A stretch of DNA of 64,000 bases, taken from assembly GCA_002699365.1 (NCBI GenBank), contig PAAN01000021.1, positions 6,416 to 70,415 of the forward strand. The letters are read 5' to 3'. Both the position numbers and the translations under genes were made by a program. Every line of letters starts with the position of its first letter. The first letter of the stretch is position 1. The notes beneath the pieces were generated by a model that was not told the origin of the DNA, ran no database searches, and was given only the letters and a program-made list of their open reading frames with translations. This stretch comes from Coraliomargarita sp. (GTDB lineage Bacteria; Verrucomicrobiota; Verrucomicrobiia; Opitutales; Coraliomargaritaceae). Positions 39,958-50,051 of this stretch are shown one piece after another.

Positions 39958-42411
39958 CTACTTACGGATTGTGTAATTCGTTTTTTCACAAATCAGTTGT
40001 TGTATCGAGTCAAAGGCTGCATTCACTTCCTTGTCCTTTAGTGTACGATCTGGTGCACGAAAACTAAGATTAAAAGCGAGACTCTTTTTGCCCTCTGGCA
40101 AGCCCTCTGCTTGATAAAGATCAAAAATACGCACGCTCTCACAATCAAATCCTTGTGATGATTTCTGGGCGAATTTGCTCACATCACCGTGCACTTGCTG
40201 CGCCAATGTCGAAGTATCGACGATCAAGGAGAGATCTTTGCTAGATGCGGGTTGATTGCTAATTGCCTTGTGGCGATTGCGCTTAGTTGTACGTTTGAAA
40301 AATTGTGGAGTCATCAAAATCGAGCCAGCCAAGACGGGTGCTGTTAGGTCCCAGCGCTTCTTAAGCGTGGTCGCGTTGATCATACCACAGGTTATTTCAT
40401 AGCCCATGCGGCCAAAATCTCCTGCATAAGCGGCATGTCCACCCTGCCACAGATCGCAGGAATTAATTGGATGAAAAGATATTTTCTTTGCGGACTGCCC
40501 TGCAATTTCCAGAATATTTTCACAAATTGTGCGAGAAGTATAGAAGTCTTCCGATTCGCGCGTAAGCCATTCTCGCTGTCTGGATTCTTGAGCCATAACG
40601 AAACCAACTGACACGAGCTCGACTAATTGCCCCTGCACTTCACGATAGACATGACCGCGCTCGAAAAAACGAGTGCCCGTAGTACCACGCGCAGCGTTCA
40701 GTTGTAGTACATCAATCAATCCTGGTATCAACGAAGGGCGTAAGTGACTTTGGTCACTCTGCAATGGATTATCTAGGGCAAGGCATGCGTGACTGGAATC
40801 GCCAAAGAAATAACGCACCTCCTCAGGATCTCGTAGAGAGTAAAGAAAGGCTTCATTAAAATTTTGCCCCGTCAGATAATCGGCCACGCTCACGTTCACA
40901 CTGTACAAGCGATCATCTGTTCGCTCAATGCCACGAGCTACAACTTCACTGTCAGGAATTTTACCGGTGCCATACATACGAATAAACTCCTCGATTAAAT
41001 CAACCGGACGAAGCAAGTCTGCGCGGTACGATGGTATGCTTACTTCCCAGCGAGGGCAATTTTCAGCATCAGCGTATTGGGCGACCTGCAAGTTCAGCGA
41101 CTCTAGAACAGATTGGATTACTGCATCACTTACTTCGAAACCAATAAAATCGCGGACCTGCTTAGGGTATAAAGTTATTACAGTAAGCGTAGATGGCTCA
41201 CTACCAACTTCTAAGCGATTACCCACGATTGAGCCACCCGCTACATCGAGAATTAAATCGGCAGCACGCAGCGAAGCATAAGTGATACCTTTTGGATCGG
41301 CACCTCGCTCAAATCGATAGGAGCTATCTGTCGACAAATGGAGTGAGCGAGAGGTAGCGCGAATCGACTTAGGCGTAAAATAAGCGGATTCCAAGACCAC
41401 ATCGGTAGTCTTCTCATCGACCTCTGCATCGACTGAGCCCATCAAGCCAGCCACGACAAGAGCCCGCTCGCAATCGGCTATTACCAAGTTACTAGTGCTC
41501 AACTCTCGCTCCAAATTATCTAAAGTAGTAATCGACTCTCCTGCATGCGCAGTTCGTACCACAAGCTTACCACCCTTTATCTTAGCAGCGTCAAAAGCAT
41601 GTAATGGCTGACCGGTCTCATGCAAAACATAATTAGTCACATCGACTACATTATTTATTGAGCGCTGCCCGGTAGCCTCGATCGCATCTTTGAGCCATGC
41701 CGGGCTAGGCCCTACCTTAACTCCTTGTATCGAAAGCGCGGTGTAGTGCGGACAAAGATCGTCCGCTAGTACCTGGACATCGGCAAGGAGCGACTTGCCT
41801 TCGTTTTCCTTACCCGCGGACAACTTGGGGTATTTAACCGGCAAACCAAAGCGTGCTGAAAGTTCACGCGCAACTCCTATATGACTGAGAACATCGACAC
41901 GATTGGGAGTAATTTCTAAATCAAATACTGTGTCGCCTTGAGTGAACAGGGCGTTGATTGAAGTGCCTAATGGAGCATTCTTATCAACAATCATAATGCC
42001 ATCATGATCCTGCCCAAGATGAAGTTCTTTAGCGGAGCATAACATGCCCTCAGAAGGTTGGCCGCGCAGTTTTGACTTCTTGATTTTAAAATCACCTGGA
42101 AGCACAGCTCCCGGCAAAGCCACCATCACCTTATCTCCTGAATTAAAATTCTTAGCACCACAAACAATTTGGCGTAGCGCACTCTCCTCTCCGGTGGAAA
42201 CTTCGCAGCATCGTAAGCGATCTGCATCGGGGTGTGCCTGATAAGAGGTCACCTGACCAACAACAACATTAGGCATATTTGGTGGGCCTAACTTCTCATA
42301 AGTCTCTATATCAAAACCCAACAAAGGTAGCGTATCAACTAATACATCTGGACTGTGATCGATCGGATCCAGATCGATATAATTCTTGAGCCAATTGTAG
42401 GAAATTTTCAT
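39958..42411 (-). CDS. pheT: phenylalanyl-tRNA synthetase beta subunit
   Basis: 817 aa; N-terminus MKISYNWLK..., with tRNA-binding, B3/4, B5 and FDX-ACB architecture by sequence feel. It lies downstream of pheS. Confidence 0.9.
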   Translation of the reverse strand: MKISYNWLKNYIDLDPIDHSPDVLVDTLPLLGFDIETYEKLGPPNMPNVVVGQVTSYQAHPDADRLRCCEVSTGEESALRQIVCGAKNFNSGDKVMVALPGAVLPGDFKIKKSKLRGQPSEGMLCSAKELHLGQDHDGIMIVDKNAPLGTSINALFTQGDTVFDLEITPNRVDVLSHIGVARELSARFGLPVKYPKLSAGKENEGKSLLADVQVLADDLCPHYTALSIQGVKVGPSPAWLKDAIEATGQRSINNVVDVTNYVLHETGQPLHAFDAAKIKGGKLVVRTAHAGESITTLDNLERELSTSNLVIADCERALVVAGLMGSVDAEVDEKTTDVVLESAYFTPKSIRATSRSLHLSTDSSYRFERGADPKGITYASLRAADLILDVAGGSIVGNRLEVGSEPSTLTVITLYPKQVRDFIGFEVSDAVIQSVLESLNLQVAQYADAENCPRWEVSIPSYRADLLRPVDLIEEFIRMYGTGKIPDSEVVARGIERTDDRLYSVNVSVADYLTGQNFNEAFLYSLRDPEEVRYFFGDSSHACLALDNPLQSDQSHLRPSLIPGLIDVLQLNAARGTTGTRFFERGHVYREVQGQLVELVSVGFVMAQESRQREWLTRESEDFYTSRTICENILEIAGQSAKKISFHPINSCDLWQGGHAAYAGDFGRMGYEITCGMINATTLKKRWDLTAPVLAGSILMTPQFFKRTTKRNRHKAISNQPASSKDLSLIVDTSTLAQQVHGDVSKFAQKSSQGFDCESVRIFDLYQAEGLPEGKKSLAFNLSFRAPDRTLKDKEVNAAFDSIQQLICEKTNYTIRK

Positions 42412-42467
42412 TTCAGCTATATATAAAAAGTTCTATTAAAGGTGTTTAACGAGGTAGCATTCCACGA

Positions 42468-43520
42468 CTATGCAAACTGCTCTAAGAAGCGCACATCGTT
42501 TTGATAATAATAACGTATGTCATCGACGCCTTGAAGGATCATAGCGATGCGCTCGACCCCCATCCCAAATGCATATCCTGTGAATCGATCTGGATCAATA
42601 TCGACTGACTTAAAGACCTCTGGATCAACCATGCCACAACCCATTATCTCGAGCCACTTGTTACTCAATTTACCAAGATCTGGTGAGTAAAAGTCCATCT
42701 CAAAACTAGGTTCTGTAAATGGAAAGAAACTAGGGCGAAGCCGTGTCTTAGCCTTAGGACCAAATATAGTTTTTACAAAATAATCTAGAGTCGCTTTTAG
42801 ATCAAGTAAACTAACATGTTCATCCACATAGAGACCTTCAATCTGGTGAAAATTTGCACTGTGGGTCGCATCTGGCGTATCTCGACGAAAGCAGCGACCC
42901 GGTGCTATTATACGTATCGGTGGCTTTGATTCGAGCATCGTGCGAATCTGCACAGTTGAGGTATGTGTTCGCAGTAAATATTTTTCATCTGCATGCTTCT
43001 CCACATTAGCAACCGTTAACTGGTCTGGAAGATAGTACGAATCTTGCATGTCGCGCGCGGGGTGATCCGCGGGTATATTCAAAGCGTCAAAACAATAATG
43101 CTCGGTCTCTATTTCCGTAGCCTCAGCAACTGAAAACCCAATCTTACTGAATAATTGAACCATTTCTTCACGCACTTGCGAAATTGGATGGAGTGTTCCT
43201 CTATCCAGATCTGGGCTCGGCAAACTCGGGTCAATTGATGGACCCAACCTAGTCGCCATCTCACCGGCTTCAATGCGTTGCATAACTTCATTAAATGCTG
43301 TAACGACAGAAGACTTAGCCTTATTAATTAATTTTCCAGCAGCGGGCTTTTCATCTTTGGGGACCTGCCCCATTGACTTCATGACCGCAGTCATTGCGCC
43401 ATTAGGCCCTAAGATTGTAGCCTTATATGCCTCCAGTTCTGCGCGAGTTGAAAGATGTGGCATTTTATCCTGCACACCATCAATGATTGTATTTAGCTCA
43501 ATTTCCATTTCGTGGCTCAT
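42468..43520 (-). CDS. pheS: phenylalanyl-tRNA synthetase alpha subunit
   Basis: 350 aa; class II core motifs (HPARDMQDSYY, FRRD, GFAFGMGVERIAM). Confidence 0.9.
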   Translation of the reverse strand: MSHEMEIELNTIIDGVQDKMPHLSTRAELEAYKATILGPNGAMTAVMKSMGQVPKDEKPAAGKLINKAKSSVVTAFNEVMQRIEAGEMATRLGPSIDPSLPSPDLDRGTLHPISQVREEMVQLFSKIGFSVAEATEIETEHYCFDALNIPADHPARDMQDSYYLPDQLTVANVEKHADEKYLLRTHTSTVQIRTMLESKPPIRIIAPGRCFRRDTPDATHSANFHQIEGLYVDEHVSLLDLKATLDYFVKTIFGPKAKTRLRPSFFPFTEPSFEMDFYSPDLGKLSNKWLEIMGCGMVDPEVFKSVDIDPDRFTGYAFGMGVERIAMILQGVDDIRYYYQNDVRFLEQFA

Positions 43521-43643
43521 ATTCGTAATGTTTAGGCTTTCAAGCTAAGCAAATTTGTCGAGACGCATTTAATTAAAAAGTAAGTAAGCGCAGGCAAATC
43601 GTACCATCACTTACATTTACTAGTAATAGAAAAGTTAATAACC

Positions 43644-45515
43644 CTAAGTTATTTCTTTAAAAAGTGCTGCAATACACTTTTTAAGTACAGATATTTTTAT
43701 GGGTTTACTTAAATAGGCATCCATTCCTGCATCTAAACATCGGTCCCTATCCCCTGATAAAGCATTAGCAGTCAGTGCGATGATTTTAATAGACTCTGCC
43801 TTATTTCCTGCTGCTCCATTACGAATTGCATGAGTTGCTTCAAAGCCATCCATCAGCGGCATCTGTAAATCCATTAATATGAGATCACTAGGCTGCTCGG
43901 ATAATAAACTAATTAATTCCTTACCATTGTTACAAAATTGGGCTACACAACCCATACGCTTGAGCATATAACGAAGCAGGTGCTGGTTTGCTAAATTATC
44001 TTCAGCTACAAGAACATTTAAATCCAAGCCGTCATCAGGAGTATTTACGGTGCCATCATTGTTAGTTAGAGATAAATTGGAAGCAAGCGGAGTATCTACT
44101 GATGGTACTTTTTCGCTGTGAATATTTACAATGACATCAAAAAAGAAGCTCGAACCAGATCCTACCTGACTCTTTACAGAAAGTTGCCCATTCATAGCAC
44201 TAGCTAAACGACGACTAATACTGAGCCCTAATCCAGTACCTCCAAATCTGCGAGTAGTGGATGAGTCTGCCTGAGAAAATGGCTCAAATATAGTTTCTAT
44301 CTCCTTGGAATCGATACCGATACCAGTGTCTCTGATTTCAAACTCTAAGTGACTCTGAGATGATTGTTCTTCATTCTCGCGCACTGAAGCCTTTAAAATG
44401 ACGGATCCCTTACTGGTAAATTTTACTGCATTGCCTAGAAGATTAATCAATATTTGTTGTATGCGCTTTTTATCACCTACTATGACTTCTGGGAGTGTCT
44501 CGTCAAATTCATGTAATAACTCAATTTTTTTACTCGCTGCATCTGCTTGAAATAATCGTAAAGTTTCATTTAATAAGTCATTTAAATTCAATTCGTGCAT
44601 ATCTAAATCTAGGCGACCAGATTCGATTTTTGAGAAGTCTAATATATCACTAATTAAGAATAATAGCGCTTCGCTACTAACCTGCAGTGTATCAACAAAG
44701 TCTTTTTGCTCCGCATTGAGTGGCGTCTCTGCAAGCATATCAATAAAACCAATCACTCCATTTAACGGTGTTCTAATTTCATGACTCATCGTAGCCATGA
44801 AATCTGACTTTGCGTGGTTCGCATAGTCTGCATCACGTGCGCTTTGACGCGCGTGTTCAATAACCTGCTTCAATCGACTATTCGCAATCTCCAATTGCGA
44901 CCGCGCTTTTTCGGCATCTTCCATCATGCTAAGCGCAATTTTACGGCCCTGTTTTAGCTCGTTAGCTTGGTCAATTAAATCATTATTTGCACTACTTAAT
45001 TGATCCTTCGCTATACTCCAACGACGCTGCGTCTCGCTACTTTTTGATAAAATAACTCCAATCATAGAACTCATCTTTTCAAATTCAATGAAGTCATATC
45101 CTTGCTCTTGATTGGATAATGATTCTAACGATAAGGTATTTTTTAAGCGATTTAAATTACGAACTAAACTATCTGCTAAATATTTAGATGCTATAATAGG
45201 GACAATTACACCTAAAAATCCTATAGCAGCGACTAACATTAATTCGGTATACAGATCATGGCGTAAGACCTCAAGGAGCTCATATCCGGCATCCGGAGTA
45301 TTCAGGCTTTCCAGATCGCCCTGCGTATCGGAGTTAGAATTGATAAGATTCTGGTCCACTAGCGCGTTTCGCTCTTGCGTATAATTCTCGAAGGCGCCGA
45401 CACATAACCATGCAGTAAATAACATAATTATAAGAGACATGGGAATACCAACCCAATTCCAAATAACTCGAGAAATCGATTGTTTCGTACTTTGAATCTT
45501 TACAGAATTAGTCAT
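43644..45515 (-). CDS. hybrid sensor histidine kinase / response regulator
   Basis: 623 aa; TM segments, coiled coil, H-box (SHEIRTPLNG), N/G boxes (NLLGNAVKF, DTGIGI, GGTGLGLSI) and a C-terminal receiver (LMDLQMPLMDG). Confidence 0.85.
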   Translation of the reverse strand: MTNSVKIQSTKQSISRVIWNWVGIPMSLIIMLFTAWLCVGAFENYTQERNALVDQNLINSNSDTQGDLESLNTPDAGYELLEVLRHDLYTELMLVAAIGFLGVIVPIIASKYLADSLVRNLNRLKNTLSLESLSNQEQGYDFIEFEKMSSMIGVILSKSSETQRRWSIAKDQLSSANNDLIDQANELKQGRKIALSMMEDAEKARSQLEIANSRLKQVIEHARQSARDADYANHAKSDFMATMSHEIRTPLNGVIGFIDMLAETPLNAEQKDFVDTLQVSSEALLFLISDILDFSKIESGRLDLDMHELNLNDLLNETLRLFQADAASKKIELLHEFDETLPEVIVGDKKRIQQILINLLGNAVKFTSKGSVILKASVRENEEQSSQSHLEFEIRDTGIGIDSKEIETIFEPFSQADSSTTRRFGGTGLGLSISRRLASAMNGQLSVKSQVGSGSSFFFDVIVNIHSEKVPSVDTPLASNLSLTNNDGTVNTPDDGLDLNVLVAEDNLANQHLLRYMLKRMGCVAQFCNNGKELISLLSEQPSDLILMDLQMPLMDGFEATHAIRNGAAGNKAESIKIIALTANALSGDRDRCLDAGMDAYLSKPIKISVLKKCIAALFKEIT

Positions 45516-46308
45516 CTAGCGGTACCTCATTATCTCTGTCACTACTCTTTGAATCAACTTTGTAGCGAGTTACTTGTCCAGACTCTGCCAGTAAGTCATT
45601 CACTTCTGACTTTAAGGCGAGTATACGCGATTCTCGACTGATCACGCCCTGGCTATATCGATCGATCTCAGCAACCATTAATTGTCGTTCGTCACTGTCA
45701 ACTATCTCACTTGGTGAATTAAATATAATTAATTCGACTGAATGACCATCTGCTAAGATACGACCACTAATAATTAAACGAAGAGAGATTTCGCTTGAAC
45801 CAATTGCATTTACCTTCGTTACAGACTCACCAGATTCATTTTTTAACTGTTCAAAAAATGTGTGTAATATATCACTATCTATTTTTAGTAAGGAGTTAAA
45901 ATTTAATCCTTTGGTGTCAGAATTTTGTTCAATTGAGCACAAATCATAGAAAACTGGACTAGCTCTTAGTAATTCCAAAGTAATAATATCAATTTCTGCG
46001 CAGCAGATTGAATGGCTTGAATAAATAGATTCAATTCGCTGTTTATGAGTCGTAATAATGCTCAAGTATTTATTCTCCAGGGATTTTAATTGGCTACCTA
46101 AATATCGGTCACGAATAATAAATAAAGTGATACCTAATGCAGCAAATACTGACAGAATCGTATCTTCAAAGTTAGATAAACTAAATCCAGAAAGAACAAT
46201 TTTTATGATTAAAAATACACCAAATAAAATCGAAGCGAATATAAATACTCGATTTGCATAGGAAGAAGAGCGCCTCGGCACAAGGTTAGTAGTGTCATTT
46301 AAACTCAT
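45508..46308 (-). CDS. two-TM membrane protein with a cytoplasmic domain and coiled coil, translationally coupled to the downstream kinase
   Basis: 266 aa; two hydrophobic helices near the N-terminus. Its stop overlaps the kinase start by 8 nt (ATGACTAA). I recognise no family. Confidence 0.55.
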   Translation of the reverse strand: MSLNDTTNLVPRRSSSYANRVFIFASILFGVFLIIKIVLSGFSLSNFEDTILSVFAALGITLFIIRDRYLGSQLKSLENKYLSIITTHKQRIESIYSSHSICCAEIDIITLELLRASPVFYDLCSIEQNSDTKGLNFNSLLKIDSDILHTFFEQLKNESGESVTKVNAIGSSEISLRLIISGRILADGHSVELIIFNSPSEIVDSDERQLMVAEIDRYSQGVISRESRILALKSEVNDLLAESGQVTRYKVDSKSSDRDNEVPLDD

Positions 46309-46385
46309 TAATAGATAACTACGATATTCACATTTCTTTTTTACTTAAGGAAGATACCTTAGACAAGATGAGAGAATATGTATTT

Positions 46386-46763
46386 CTACTTAATCGAGCT
46401 AATATCGATTTCGTTGGCATCTTTCCAAAGATGGTCAAGATTATAGAAACTACGCATACTATCGGTTTGTAAGTGTACCATAAAGTCAAAGGCGTCTACA
46501 ATCACCCAGCCGCTGTTAGTGTCGCGGTCCTCTCCTATAAGAAAAACACCAGCAGTCTTTAGCGCATCATCCAGTTGCGATTTCATTGCTTTAAGATGAG
46601 GGTCGGAAGTGCCAGTAGCTAAAACAATATAATCTGTAATAGAAGAAATATAACTAACATCTAATAAGCGGATGTTTTCAGCTTTCTTATCTCTTAGAGC
46701 ATTTATTGCGCTAACCAGTTCAGTGGATAATGAGTTTGTGCTATTTGATTGTGATATGGGCAT
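46386..46763 (-). CDS. rsfS: ribosome silencing factor RsfS (Iojap family)
   Basis: RsfS-like core (DYIVLATGTSDPHLKA...WVIVDAFDFMVHL). I prefer the ATG at 46763 because the longer track ORF overlaps nadD. Confidence 0.8.
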   Translation of the reverse strand: MPISQSNSTNSLSTELVSAINALRDKKAENIRLLDVSYISSITDYIVLATGTSDPHLKAMKSQLDDALKTAGVFLIGEDRDTNSGWVIVDAFDFMVHLQTDSMRSFYNLDHLWKDANEIDISSIK

Positions 46764-46773
46764 AATATTTTTG

Positions 46774-47367
46774 TCATTTATACAGAGACTGTTCTGAAAT
46801 AAAAGCCTGAACTGACTGCGGCACACGGCCAATAATACTCTGCCCATTACTGCAGTCTTTACGAATAGAACTCGAACTCTCCTTTAATAGCGGCATTTTA
46901 ATATGCATAAAATCCATATTTACTTTCGGTTTTTTTTCTAGCGAGAAGTTTGGACGAGCTATAATTATAAAGCTTATAATCGTAGCTAACCTATCAATCT
47001 CACGCCATTTATCTAGTTGTTCAAATTGATCTGCCCCCAATACCCAAAACAATGTATCGCTTGGGTGGCTTGCCTTAAAGTTACGAACCCAATCTATCGT
47101 GTAACTGATACCGCCAGTCACTATTGCACTTGAATCAACACTAAAGCGCGGTTGCTCACTAGTTGCTAGTTCTAGCATCCTTAATCGATCTGCATCGCTA
47201 GCTATTGGACCATCTTGTTTTAATGGGGAATGCGCAGATGGTAAAAAAATTAAATGGTCAACACATCCATGCCTTAAAACAGTTTCTGCGATTTCTACAT
47301 GGGCATTATGGACAGGATCAAAGGATCCGCCATAGATTGCGATTCGTTTACCTTTTAATAGAACCAT
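46774..47367 (-). CDS. nadD: nicotinate-nucleotide adenylyltransferase
   Basis: 197 aa; GGSFDPVHNAH motif, and the nadD-rsfS pairing is a common arrangement. Confidence 0.85.
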   Translation of the reverse strand: MVLLKGKRIAIYGGSFDPVHNAHVEIAETVLRHGCVDHLIFLPSAHSPLKQDGPIASDADRLRMLELATSEQPRFSVDSSAIVTGGISYTIDWVRNFKASHPSDTLFWVLGADQFEQLDKWREIDRLATIISFIIIARPNFSLEKKPKVNMDFMHIKMPLLKESSSSIRKDCSNGQSIIGRVPQSVQAFISEQSLYK

Positions 47368-47443
47368 AGATACTTTAAAAAAGATTAAATATTTACATTA
47401 TTATAAATAGAGACATCTACAATAAAGTTCTATTTTATTTGTT

Positions 47444-48097
47444 ATGCGCGATATACAAAACAATACACATCATACTTTATCTGAAGCGCTAGAGCAATTA
47501 CTTCAAAATAGTACCAGGGGTGAACTAAGCATCGGCGACTTATGCAGTGCAATTAATGATAAGGGATATGGCCTACTACTAATCATACTATCCCTACCAA
47601 GCGCCTTACCTATTCCTGCGCCGGGATATAGTACGCCATTTGGAATAGCTATAGCGCTAATAGGAATTCAAATGCTTGGCGGGCGGCGCACGATATGGTT
47701 GCCAAAAAAAATAAAAGTATTTAAAGTAAAATCTTCGGTCGCATCAAAGATGATTCAGGTTGGTACTCGATTCATTCGTACATTAGAGCGATTTATTCGC
47801 CCTCGTCTACATACGGTATATTCTGGCATAGGGTACTCTTTAGCTGCCCTACTCACTATTATTATGGCTTTACTTATGATTCTACCCATACCGCTTACCA
47901 ATACATTTCCAGCTAGTGTAATCTTCTTAATAGGAGTTGGTTTAACTGAAAAAGACGGCTTATTCGGTATAATTGCATATAGTATAGGAATTGTTGCGGT
48001 AACTCTATACGCACTAATTATTTTCATTGTAGTCACGCAAGGCCTGCCTGCTATAGATCAAGTTAAAGGCTGGTTAGCTAACGTAATTAATGTATAA
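47444..48097 (+). CDS. ExoD-family exopolysaccharide-synthesis membrane protein
   Basis: 217 aa; ExoD-like pattern (GYGLLLIILSLPSALPIPAPGYSTPFG) with multiple TM helices. Confidence 0.6.
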   Translation: MRDIQNNTHHTLSEALEQLLQNSTRGELSIGDLCSAINDKGYGLLLIILSLPSALPIPAPGYSTPFGIAIALIGIQMLGGRRTIWLPKKIKVFKVKSSVASKMIQVGTRFIRTLERFIRPRLHTVYSGIGYSLAALLTIIMALLMILPIPLTNTFPASVIFLIGVGLTEKDGLFGIIAYSIGIVAVTLYALIIFIVVTQGLPAIDQVKGWLANVINV

Positions 48098-48100
48098 ATA

Positions 48101-49852
48101 CTAAGGGTTTACCTCTCCTAAATCCTTGTGGAAGCGATTTCCTGCGCTGGTAGCTAGAACATACCCCTTACGTATAGTAAAATCTCCAAAGCGTTCACCA
48201 TCTTGACGATCTTTCGCATAATCAATTAATATCGGTTTAAGAAGATTAATAATCTCTTCGTGTGTTTGCGAAGCACGAAATAATTTATTTAGACGAGCGC
48301 CGTCAAAGCCTGCTCCAAGATATAAATTATATTTCCCAGGCACCTTACCTACTAAGCCGATCTCACCTAGGTAAGGACGCCCACAGCCGTTGGGACAACC
48401 AGTAGAGCGTATGATAATCTCATCGTTACTAAGTCCTGCCTCCTCTAGTGTGCCTTCTAAGTCGCTTACCAAACTTGGTAGATAACGCTCGGACTCAGCA
48501 AGTGCTAGACCGCAAGTTGGTAGCGAAACACAGGAAATCTGGATTCTGCGCATACCAGAAGCGCTCTTATAGGAATCTAAACCATGCTCGTCCACTAATG
48601 CATTTATCGTATCCCTATTTTCAGAACAGATATTAGCGAGTATTACATTTTGATTCGGAGTGAGACGAAACTCGCAAAAACCACTCTTAGCAATAAGGCG
48701 CATTCCTGTTTTAAGCTTAGCTTTTTCAGTATCAATAATACGTCCACCCTCTATAAATAACCCCAAATTCCACTTTTTATTACTACCCTTAACCCAGCCA
48801 TAACGGTCGCCATTACCTTCAAAATTTATGGATCTAGCATCCTCAAGCTTATAACCGAGTCGGTTTTCTAATTCAGAACGAATTTTATCTACACCGTGAT
48901 CTTCAACTGTGTATTTAAATCTTGCATGCGCACGCTCAACTCGGTCGCCCCAATCACGCTGAATAGATACAATCTTTTCTGCAACATCGACAACTTGATC
49001 TGGTAGAGCAAATGCCATGGTGTCAGCAAGTCTGGGAAATGTTTTTTCATTGCCGTGAGTCATTCCCATGCCCCCACCTACAGTTACATTAAAGCCAACC
49101 AATACGTCATTCTCAATAACAGCAATGAAGCCTAAACAATGCGCATAAACGTCGACATCATTTTGAGGCGGTATTGCAATTGCAATTTTAAATTTTCTCG
49201 GCAGATAAGTACTTCCATAGAGTGGTTCGATGTCATCACCACCCATACCTAATGATCTCGGTTCCATTGAGGCGATTTTTTTGCCATCCAGCCACATCTC
49301 GGAAAACGCAGACGTCTGTGGCTTCAAATACGCGTCTATTTTGTCTGCAATATCTTGCACTTGCGAGTGCACTTCAGTCTGTATTGGATTCGGGGATGCC
49401 ATTGTATTGCGATTCACATCGCCACAGCCGGCCAGAGAAGACATTGCTGCTTGCGTGGAACGCTGAATAACATTTTTCAAATTACTCTTTAAAATACCAT
49501 GCAATTGGTACGCTTGCCGAGTAGTGAGTTTAATGGTGTCAAAGGAGCAGTATGTGGCTAATTCATCCATCACTAGCCACTGCTCTGGAGTACTCACCCC
49601 ACCCGGAACTCCGATGCGACAAAGAAAACTGTACGCCTTATCTAACTTCTGCTTACGTCGTTCGTTACGAACATCACGGTTATCTTGTTGATACAGGCCG
49701 TGGAATTTAGTCAATTGTTGATCATCGGATGCAATCGAGCCAGTTGAGACGTTCGCAATGCTCTCTAATATAGTACCACGTAGGTGCTGACTAGCGGCCT
49801 TAATACCCTCATTTTTGTGAAGTTTTGGTGCTGACTGGCTGTCGGATATCAT
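48101..49852 (-). CDS. cysI: assimilatory sulfite reductase (NADPH) hemoprotein beta subunit
   Basis: 583 aa; siroheme/4Fe-4S cysteine cluster contexts (SCVSLPTCGLA, TGCPNGCGRP). Confidence 0.9.
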   Translation of the reverse strand: MISDSQSAPKLHKNEGIKAASQHLRGTILESIANVSTGSIASDDQQLTKFHGLYQQDNRDVRNERRKQKLDKAYSFLCRIGVPGGVSTPEQWLVMDELATYCSFDTIKLTTRQAYQLHGILKSNLKNVIQRSTQAAMSSLAGCGDVNRNTMASPNPIQTEVHSQVQDIADKIDAYLKPQTSAFSEMWLDGKKIASMEPRSLGMGGDDIEPLYGSTYLPRKFKIAIAIPPQNDVDVYAHCLGFIAVIENDVLVGFNVTVGGGMGMTHGNEKTFPRLADTMAFALPDQVVDVAEKIVSIQRDWGDRVERAHARFKYTVEDHGVDKIRSELENRLGYKLEDARSINFEGNGDRYGWVKGSNKKWNLGLFIEGGRIIDTEKAKLKTGMRLIAKSGFCEFRLTPNQNVILANICSENRDTINALVDEHGLDSYKSASGMRRIQISCVSLPTCGLALAESERYLPSLVSDLEGTLEEAGLSNDEIIIRSTGCPNGCGRPYLGEIGLVGKVPGKYNLYLGAGFDGARLNKLFRASQTHEEIINLLKPILIDYAKDRQDGERFGDFTIRKGYVLATSAGNRFHKDLGEVNP

Positions 49853-50051
49853 AAAAGTAGGGACGAGTTGAAAATATAATAAACGTAGTTATACTACTAC
49901 TATATTTTTTATCATGCAAACAGTTAGCTTTAAAATTGACTCATTTCTTAGGTTTGTCACTCAAAACTTAAGATTTATATTTTAATACTTATTACTAGCT
50001 TTAGCTACGTTTTATTGTTTTAAAATAGATAACATAACGATTGAATTCATC

